A stretch of 64,000 nt of DNA from Azolla caroliniana (taxonomy: Eukaryota; Plantae; Polypodiophyta). Below are positions 39,246-49,483 of the stretch, piece after piece. Where the stretch lies: contig JBHGNT010000001.1 in NCBI GenBank assembly GCA_043228905.1, positions 34,100,001 to 34,164,000 of the forward strand, read 5' to 3'. Made by a program: the position numbers and the translations under genes. Under the pieces are notes generated by a model. That model made no database searches. It was not told where the DNA came from and saw only the letters and a program-made list of their open reading frames with translations. Numbering within the stretch: position 1 is the first letter of the stretch; each line of letters begins with the position of its first letter.

Positions 39246-39653
39246 GAGGCAACGCACCACCCCCACAATGTCTTGCTATTTACTTACATGGGCAAACCTA
39301 GAGATATGATTAAATGTACTTGTATATAAGTAAATATTGGTTGATTTTAGGATCTACACAAAATGCAACTTCATTTTGGTTATAAAAAATGTATGTAGCT
39401 CTTCTACTTCAAAGAGATCTACATCATCATGAAGTGGGACCTTCAATCTCAATCATTTCCATATGTATATATGGCTTCCTACTTCTCAATTGCTCAATAT
39501 TATGAAGAGTTGGGCATTGTAACATGTGCAATATTCAATACTATGCAACTATGGCTCTTTTTGGCCTACCAAAAAGCGCGCGAGGTATGTCAACTTAGGG
39601 TCATCGTGACCTTCCTCATATTGTCACGCACCATCTTCTTACAATTCAATCAA

Positions 39654-39842
39654 TTCAATCTCGACAATGATAATTAACAATCATTTTAGAGCAACATATT
39701 ATGTCCACATGGCACACTTGAATCTTGATAGTGATAATTAACAATAATTTTAGAGCAACATATTATGCCCACATGGCACACTTCAATCTTGACAGCGATA
39801 ATTAACAATCATTTTAGAGCAACATATTATACCCACATGGCA
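39654..39842. repeat. Tandem repeat, ~3 x 64 bp
   Basis: TT(C/G)AATCT.GA.A..GATAATTAACAAT.ATTTTAGAGCAACATATTAT..CCACATGGCA at 39654, 39718 and 39782. Confidence 0.92.
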
Positions 39843-40878
39843 TGATTAATAAAACATGTGTCCGCATTTACATAAAGACAACACGTCAATGCTCAAGAGC
39901 TAGTTGCAGCCAAACACGTCGTAGGACAAAGCCAAAATTGTATCACACAAGTCAATGAATCACTTGGCACCGTGGGGTCTAAATTTGTAATTTTACAAAT
40001 GAAGGGAACTTGACTCATTATCTCTAACCATCAAGTGAGAATGTCATATGTTATTCTAGGCTATGGGCTAGCAATGCCACGTTTGTCATAGTCATCCTAA
40101 CAATGTAAGGATCAAATCATCAATGCATCTATTGAACTAATTAATCACAATTGAAAAATGATTATTAAACTATTGAGGCAAAGAGAGGCCAAAACATATG
40201 ATCATGGACAAGACTTTGTGGGTTTCTAGATTTGGGGATTACAAGTCTCATGAGTATTTAAGCTAATGATTTTGTTGGGACTACATGTAACTTAATGATG
40301 TCGCGTGCATGCACAAAAGTATACGAGTGGTATACATATCAAAGCCTTAGTTTTGGTATGATCCAACCGGCCCCGACAAAGGCAGGCACAACGACCATAT
40401 CCTCATATCTAGTAATTGTAAGTGGTTGAAGGGCCGTGTGGCGTGGCGGACCCTCAAGAAGAAGAAGAAGATTAATGATAGTAACAGGAAAGGAAGGCAT
40501 TGAACCCTTATCCTCCATCCAAAAAGGAGAGGCCTCTTGACATCAAAGAAAAATCAATATTGTTTATCTTTTGCTCAAAAGCCTGGTAATGGAAATAAGT
40601 TAATAATATACATAAAATAAAAAACAGAGAGCAACAATGGATATGGATAGGATAACACAAACCGAAGTTGGCCCTCATTTTGATCACCGATTGGATATTT
40701 TAATATCCGAGCTCAATCTGGCTATGGTGGATCATCCGACCTCATTTCAGCACAGGGCTTAGCTAACACCGGATATGATGATTCTCTCAGATTTCATCTC
40801 TACATTCATCTTATTACCTCTTTATATTTGAACATTCTCAGCTCCACAGTATAGATCATAGCATCATTGGCGCACATA

Positions 40879-43800
40879 ATGGAAACTGTGATGAATCATG
40901 GGCAGTTGTTATATTCACTTGGCCAGCCATGGACCACATTCACACATACTAACCACCCATTGGGAAGGAAAAGGATTCATCTCCGGAGACGATCTAGATT
41001 ACACTGGGCATTTCAACCACAAACAAGAGGTAGATAAAACAAAATGTCATCCCAATTCACACATTTACGCACTTGGGATGTCATTACACAATGTCTATGT
41101 TTATGTTTATTCAAGTACATGCATTTGCATTTCTATATGTATAAAGATACACACTATAATTTCACTTGGTCTTTCTACCACGCCAGGTATAGGTATAGGT
41201 ATAGGTATAGGTATATCTATAGCTATAGGCGTACGTGTACATGTACATGTGTGTATGCATATGCGAATGTGTGTAACGTATGCATGTGTGAATGTGTATG
41301 TGTATGTGTATGCATATTAAAGGAATAGCATGACTTGGATCATGTAGTTTTTGCAAGAGATGCATTGAAGGTTGCAGAGGAAGAAGATGAATCAGAAGCA
41401 CAACCTGAGGGGCCAATAAAGAAGTTTGTTAAGTTCCCAGGAACTAACAAGTTGAAAGTCACAAGCCAGCCTCCAAAAGTCAACAAAATAGTCTTTGTGG
41501 CAGGAGCGACTGGAAAGGTTGGCTCAAGAACTGTAAGGTAAGTGAAGTATGTAGGAATGTTGATATTATTTTGTGACTTTTCACCGGCATTGAGGTTTTC
41601 CCATCAGTAATATAAAATACTATATCACTAGAAAAATATTTGTTTTTGGGCATGTCTTACTAGCACAACAAAGTGGTTTTGATCAACAATTCACATCTCA
41701 TTCAGAGAACTCCTGAAGTTAGGCTTCCAAGTCCGTGCAAGTGCAAGGAATGTAGAGAAAGCTGAGACTTTGTTTCAGGTTAGTATGCACTCCAAATTTT
41801 TAAAACACTCCAGTACTTCACTTGAACATAAACAGGCCATTTGCAAATAACCTCATCTCTGTCTTTTATTTAGGATGTTTTGGAGAACACCACTATAGAA
41901 GCACAACCAGAAGAAACAAACTCTTTCACTCTCTTTTCGGTAATTTATTCTTATTCGATGTATTTTGAATCTTTGCAGCAAATTTATTTCAATGGAAGCG
42001 TAAAATCAATACCATTCCATGCTGTAATATAAATGCAGCCAGCAAAGCTTTTTGCTTTTCTTAAGCCCAAATCTGTGAAGCCACAGTTGGATTTAGTGGA
42101 ATGTGATTTGGAGGTGGTTGAAAGCATTGCACCTGCTTTAGGAAATGCTGGTGTTGTAGTGTGTTGTATTGGTGCAAGTGAGAAAGAGATACTTGATGTT
42201 ACCGGTCCTTACCGTATTGACTACAAAGCTACAGAGAATTTGATAAATGCTGGTAATCATGAAACATGATTTTCCCCTATAACGCATGTCGAATTAGGAT
42301 TCATTTATTTTGTTGGCTTTTATTGTCTTAACATATCCTTCACATGTGTATTCTAATTCCTTTTTAAGGTCTACAAGTTTTCTTTGTACAGCTTCTGCAG
42401 CTGAAGTAAATCATTTTGTGCTATTGACTTCTTTGGGAACCCAAAAATTTGGCTTTCCAGCAGCGGTGTTGAAGTTAGTCCATTTTGAACTTTAACCCAA
42501 AATGTTCAATTTCACTCAATAAATATCTGGTGTTTTTAACCCATTGAAAAACTGATTTGTGGTGCAGCCTTTTTTGGGGAGTTCTTCTATGGAAAGCCAA
42601 GGCTGAAAAGGCTCTGGTTGAAAGTGGACTTCCATACACAGTGAGTAATCTGCATTGTAATGTGCTCTCTCAATCAACATTGTACACATACCTTGAAATC
42701 TCAACTCAAAATACCAAAATTGTACATCCAGATTGTTCGGCCAGGTGGCATGGAGCGACCCACTGATTCATATAAAGAGACTCACAACCTCACTCTTGCA
42801 GAGGCTGATAAGCTGTTTGGTGGTCAAGTATCTAATCTACAGGTTCTTGACTTTGAACTCCAAACCACGATGAACAAATCAGAATTAATGTTCCTCATGC
42901 TCATGCTCCAATTGATAATTGAATCATGTGGCTGCGCTTAGCAAGCATAAACAAATCAGAATTAATGTTTCTCATACTCATGCTCCCATTGATAATTGAA
43001 TCAGGTGGCTGAGCTTATAGCAAGCATTGTTGAGAATCCAGATATCTCAAGAGACAAGATTGTTGAAGTCGTTGCTGAGACAACAGCTCCATTGAGACCC
43101 ATCAGAGAGTTACTAGAAGAAATTCCAACTTATGGTGCACAAACAGTTCCAATTTCTCAAAGCAAAAAGCCTCGTCCCACCATATCCAGAAATAGAAAAG
43201 AGGTAAAAATTAAAGTGTCACTCATTTAGATGTTCCTATGTCAAAAACATCACACACATGAATGAGGATAAAAAATGCTTCCTAATTTGTAATTCAGGAA
43301 AGTAAGAGGCTGAACAATGTGAATGAAGACGAAAAGCTTGAGTTGAAGGCATTACGGGAAAGATATGAGGTTGAGATTGAAGCCGCAAAAGAAAGGGAGA
43401 ATGAGGCAAAAGCTGCACTTGCAGAGAAAGCTGAATTGGAAGATAAAGCAGCAGATATCCGAGCAAAGGCAGAAGCTGCTGCTTTGGCTGCAAAGCAAGC
43501 TAAGGCTCTTGAGGCGGCCATTCTAGCAGCAGCTAGAAAAGGCAATGTGTGAGTTCATTAAGGCTAATATTTCCCATTCATATTTATGCGTCATGCATGC
43601 ACCCATAAGATTGTTTGGTCACAATATTACTTTCATTGCCTCTCAATGCAGACTTTCAGATGAGGAAAAGCAAAAGATACTGGAATCAGTGAAAATTGAA
43701 AGTCTGCAAAATGTTTCAAGTAGTAAAGAGTTGAAAGAAGAATCTAAAAATATATTCTCCTTCTTCAAGCTGCCAACACTAGGCACTGAAACCGTTGCTG

Positions 43801-46800
43801 ATGACGGTGGATCAAATGATTCACAACCATCAGCAATCGAAACTGAGGAACAAGTTGAAAAACTAGCAGTGGCAAAGATTGTAGAGAAGAAACAAGCAGA
43901 GGAAACAAAGAAGCAAGATGCAGCAAAACTTGCCAGGCTGGAAACTGGGAAAAAGGAAGAACTAGATAAGTCAGAAATTGAAGCAAGGGATTTGAAGGAG
44001 CAAAATGCTAAGAGGGAGGAAGAAGAGCAAAAAGCAGCAGATCAGAAAAAGAAAGATGAGGAAGTGGAGAAGAAGGCTACACTCACAGCAGAAAAGGCAG
44101 CAGAAGCTGCTAAGGTAGAGAAAGATAACCAAACAAAGAAGCAATCTTATGCAGTACTATCACCATATATTGGGTAATCTCTACTTCATGCGTCTAAATC
44201 ATTTATATTGACTTGAATAATAGGTATTAATGATTTCTCTGAATAGGTTTGAAACAATAGTATTCTTCTTTGAGATGCCAAGTGTTCTGTCGTTTATGTT
44301 CGCAAAAGATAGTATGCAATACAATTTGTTCAAAATAAACCAAGGAATCCATCTTAGATTTGTTGATGTATACATATTCATATTCATCATATTCTTGCAT
44401 GATGCATGTAAGTTGCCTGGGCTCAAGCCATACAGGAGACGAATTGCAAGCAAGAAAAAAACCTGGCAGAAATGGTGAGAGTTTAGCATTGTATAATCTT
44501 CAATTTTCCTGGCTTGTTTGTATAGTAACTTGTAGTGCGAAGAAAAATTCTATTAAGGGCATACCTTGCAATCGAAGTCACTTCTAAATCACAATCATTA
44601 TCATTGAGCTCTACCATTTTAATGGGAGCCAGCAAGGACATAAAGTTTTCAGATCCTAGATTGACATGCATAGAGTTTCAGCTCTACCGTCATTATGGGA
44701 GTCTGCAATGTCATCCTCTATACCTCTAGTACTCTCTTTCTACATGTTTTAGATTAAATTCTTCATCTACATATATCCTCATTATGAAAAATCAGAATTT
44801 CATTTTCATGTCTCATCCATCAAAATTTTCTCATTCGGTTAATGATTTTCAAGATGTTTACTGAAAGAATGAATTCTCTGTTAAATCGAATGAATTCTCT
44901 CATTTGGTTTCCCAAGATGTTTACTGAAAGAAAATTACTCTTACACAGGTTTCCTGGACTGAAGCCACCCCGTCCTCCAACACCAAGCCCCCCTGCATCA
45001 AAAAGTGAACAGGTGACTGAGCCAAAAGTCATAGAACAAACTGAACAAAAGGATGAATCCATATCACCAGTTAAGAACACCAAGGAAGATAAGGAGATCA
45101 TAACAGGATCAATAGAAGACATAGAAGCAAGGAAATTGTTGACACAAGAGATTGCAACAAGGGAAGAAGAAGCGTTGGCAAAGGCACTGGAAGCAACTTC
45201 GTTTGTTTGGCCTTGGCAGAAACCTAAACCTCTTGAGGAAGAAAAAGAAGAAGTCGCACCTTCGCCGTCAGCTTCACCTTCGGAAAATGTGACTGATATA
45301 CTTCCATCCTGGTCAAGGCCCCTTTCACCTTACACACAGTATGTATTATCCTCGGAAAACAATTTTTTTACATAGCTGGAAAAGAAGATTGTCAATGCAT
45401 GTCTATGTAACTTGGCCTTCTTTTTTTCCATTGAAGAGCAATTAAGAATTCTCAGCTTGTTTGAAATGGTTGTTCCTAGGTTTCCAGATCTCAAGCCACC
45501 AAGTTCACCATCTCCAGCTGTACAGGTAGTGGAAGCACTGCCAAGATTATCATCATCTACTTCTCTGTCTCCATATGCAGGGTATGTTTTAATCCTTACA
45601 GAATTTATTTATTTTTCTCATGGATTGTATATAGCTCATGTCTACATTGTTACTGATAGAAAGCAATGAAAGCAATGAAAACTATTTCTTTCCATTGCAG
45701 ATTCCTAATCCAAACGCACCCACACCTCCACCCCCTTCAAAGAGCATCTCATGTTAGAATACATACCCATGTCATCATATTGAGCATTTTTTTGATGTGG
45801 TGGAAGCCTTCCAGTCCAGTCCATGTCCTGTTTTTATATGTAATGTACTACTGTCAATTGGCGAGGCATCCTGAGCACCACTTTGCATACTCATGAAAGC
45901 CAAAACAAATTCCCACACTCTAATGACCATAATACAAATGCCAACTGTCTCAATAACCTAATTTGAACTATTTGTGGCAAAGAGAAGCCTCTAATGCCAT
46001 AATCTCGTGGCATAGTATCCTTTCTGTGTATCGTCCAAGAAATCATTGTCATAAAGGACTCTAATATTCCAGCTCTACCAAATCGTCAACACCTTTACAT
46101 CCTCTCTTTATTTCCTCCACTTCAATGTTCAAATTCCAATGCACCACATCGCATTCTGCATACCATATTAGGATGAAGAGCCATAAACCAGACACCTGTA
46201 TATTAGTTACTGATAACTGCCCCTGATTTTGCATATCCATGATTTAATCCATCTTCCGCATCTACATAGAAATCTTGTCTAAGAATGGCTAATCCGGGTG
46301 TTTGTAATCTTCATTTAGCCAGACTTCTTTGTAAGATAACTTGTAGCACGAACAAAAACTCTATAAGTTAGAACTATCTCTAACTCCATAGGTAGATACT
46401 TATTGTTATAGATTTAACATTAGAATGGTAACGTATGTCATTAGGGATATACGGATTTGAACCATAGACATTCTCAGTCATTCAGAGAACATACCTTCCA
46501 ATCAGAGTCACATCTAGATCAAAATCATCATACTTGAGCTCTATCTTTTTTATGGGAGCTGGCAGGGCGATAAAGTTTTCAAATCCTAGATTGACATGTA
46601 TAAAGTTTCATTATCATTCAACTCTACCTTTTTTATGGGAGTCCGCAATTTTATCCTCAACACCTCTAGTACTCTCTGTTTCTGTGTGATTAAGACTAAA
46701 ATCTTCATCTACACACATCTACATTATGAAAAATAAAGGTAGATTATAAGAGTTTCATTTCCATGTCTCATCCATCTAAATTCTCTCATTCGGTTAATGA

Positions 46801-47672
46801 TTTTTGGAATGGTTTCCGAAGACGTTTACTGAAAGAAAATTACTCTTACACAGGTTTCCTGGACTGAAGCCACCCCGTCCTCCAACACCAAGCCCCCCTG
46901 CATCAAAAAGTGAACAGGTGTATGAGCCAAAAGTCATAGAACAAACTGAACAGAAGGATGAATTCATATCACCAGTTAAGAACACCAAGGAAGATAAGGA
47001 GAGCATACCAGGATCAATAGAAGACCTAGAAGCAAGGAAATTGTTGATAAAAGAGGTTGCAGCGAGGGAAGAAGAAGCGCTGGCAAAGGCAATGGCAGCA
47101 ACTTCTTTTGTTTGGCCTTGGCAGAAACCTAAACCTCTCGAGGAAGAAAAAGAAGAAGACGCACCTTCACCTGCACCTTCACCTTCGGAAAATGTGACTG
47201 ATATACTTCCATCATGTTCAAGGCCTCTTTCACCTTACACGCAGTACGTAGAATCCACAGAAAACAATTATTTTTAGATTGCTGAAAGGGAATTCACGTT
47301 TACATGCTCTTTTTTCTTCTTGTTTTCCATTGAAGGGCGATTAAGAAATTCCCAACTTTTTTGAAATGGTTGTGCTTAGGTTTCCCGATCTCAAGCCCCC
47401 AAGTTCACCAAGATCTTCTCCACCTGCCAAGCAAGAGCTTGAAAAAATGGTAGTGGAAGCACTGCCAAGCTCATCATCATCTACTCCTCTGTCCCCCTAT
47501 GCAGGGTAAGTTTCAGGATTTGAAGCCTTTCTTGTTTTTCTCCTGTATTGTATAGCTGATGTAGCAACAATATTGTTGATAGAAAGCAATGAGAACTCTT
47601 ATTTTGTTTTGCAGATTTCCTGATCTGAAGCCACCCATACCTCCTACCCCTTCAAAGTGTTTGTCATCTTAA
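40879..47672 (+). CDS. TIC62: TIC62 (chloroplast NAD(P)-binding Rossmann/SDR protein with FNR-binding repeats). Exons 40879-41029, 41348-41537, 41706-41778, 41874-41939, 42039-42252, 42392-42473, 42568-42640, 42732-42842, 43005-43202, 43298-43548, 43652-44173, 44949-45338, 45480-45581, [frameshifted 45701-~45757], 46854-47243, 47380-47505, 47615-47672
   Basis: Transit-peptide-like exon 1. Core motifs VFVAGATGKVGSRTVRELLKLGF, CCIGASEKEILDVTGPYRIDY, LNLFWGVL, IVRPGGMERPTDSYKETHN and FGGQVSNLQVAEL. C-terminal LSPYxx-FPxLKPPxxPxP repeats. Confidence 0.94.
41185..41316. repeat. (GGTATA)n and (TG/TA) microsatellite in TIC62 intron 1
   Basis: Direct inspection. Confidence 0.85.
44490..47672 (+). 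repeat. Intragenic tandem duplication of the TIC62 3' module (copy 1 ~44490-45757, copy 2 ~46303-47672)
   Basis: The 390-bp exons 44949-45338 and 46854-47243 are highly similar. Flanking introns and the following two exons also align. Confidence 0.95.
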
Positions 47673-49483
47673 GGTGATTACAATTATCATGACATGAGAT
47701 GAGTATTTTGTAGGCTCTGCTCTAAGGTGTGCCATGGCAAATGAGTCATAGGAAGACACCTATTGTTTGACATGTAAAACTCTAAATTCTTCCTCTTCTA
47801 TTCTAGGCTTGTGCTGTGCTGAATGAAGAGTGTCTGATTTAATCTATTGGTGTTCTTGCAATAAGCATGATGCTATCTGAAGATTGTATACCATTTGTCT
47901 CAACATTCTTCGCAAGCTTCACTGTCTGTTTTCTTATGTGGATTTTCGTTAACAAATTGGTATTTGGAGATCAATAACTAGTTCCACCTTTGGGCTGCGA
48001 AGGCTGCACAAAATTGATTGCAAATGCAACAAAAATCAGCACCATATATTTGTGTTTAGTCCCTCGATTTCGGTATTCTGATCAATCAAAATCAAATTTG
48101 CTGCAGGTAATCAATCCAGCAATCAAAATATCTGTGTGTAATCAAATTCATGTCATATATCATTCATAACCTGATGATGTGTGAATCTGAAAAAAAGGAG
48201 AACATTCATAACGTACAAAATGTGGGATCCTAGACATGTCCTTCGAATTTCTATGATCTCATCCATCGGACAATAAATAGAACATATACGAGAGAACCTA
48301 CCTACGGATCCATTAAGAGCTTTGGGTGACAAATCGTCGCCTTTTTGTTTGGTGATTCCTTTTGTTTCCCACTCCGGCCAATACGTTATCAACCATAGTT
48401 TTTCCCTACATTGAATCTGGTTTTAGAGAGTTTTTCCCTACATTGAAATAAATATAGCAAATTTTGAGCTTTACCAAGTAGACTATCATGGCAATCATTT
48501 GCAAATTTTGATTCGTTGGAGTCTATGATATGATGTATAAAGGTGTTGTTTTCACTTTGTACTTTAGGATGTATTTCCTCTGAGGGATAATGGGCAAGCC
48601 TAGATCTTTGATGAGTATTGTAATCACTGCAATAACAATTGGTGTTGTTAGTTTGCAAGAAAACTATTTATCCAACATCAAATTTCCTTGGTCCTAACAA
48701 TTATCTAACACGTTTCAATCAAGTGGATGACTATTACTGCCTCAATTGTCCATAGTATGAGACAAGCACAAAATTACGCGTAATTGTGAAAGCATCGGAA
48801 AACAAAGACTTGTATACATCTCGTCAACCCAAGAAATGGACGGAGAAAGATCTTCTCTCTCCATTGATGAAATAGGACTTGAACGAATTGTCAACATTAA
48901 ATGTGTGCGTGTTGGGATTGGCTTTTTCGACTCTATCATCTTGCATTCTAGAGTTACAAATCTCTTTTTTGCACAATAATAAGGCAAATGAGTCTCTACA
49001 TCTTTTACAAACTCAATCAAGCAAGGGACTATGTACAATCAACCTGGTTGTTGATGGATAAAACGCTTGGATCTCCTCACACATGAACACAACACAATGA
49101 ATGCATGCATACGTACAAATCATGGTATTGGTACTACCAACAAGTCTCTACATGTTTTACAGACTTGATGAGGTAGGATCGATGAGGTGTGACCAACGTG
49201 GTTGCTAATGGATAGAGGCATTTGGATCGACCCTCTCATTTGGAATGACAGCAACATAACCCCATGAGTGCATACAATGCATAGCATAACATGATGAAAA
49301 TTATTATGTCTTGTGTGTTAATATGTAGACACGCTATTGATCGGGATATCAAAGGGTACTGATTTATGCGCCTTTTGAAAGCCCCCTGACACTTCTATCA
49401 AATGGATCTTCGCCCATGAGTGAGTGAATTCTCCACGCTGGTTCATTCTTTCGCAGACACAACTACTACGGAATTTACTGCAA

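Noticed and set aside
39654-39842. CRISPR-like appearance of regular repeats (also 23560-24045)
   Set aside because: Eukaryotic context, no unique spacers and no cas genes; these are plain tandem repeats.
46804-47672. Independent second gene downstream of TIC62
   Set aside because: No start exon or promoter; it begins at a phase-2 acceptor and is a duplicate of the TIC62 3' exons.
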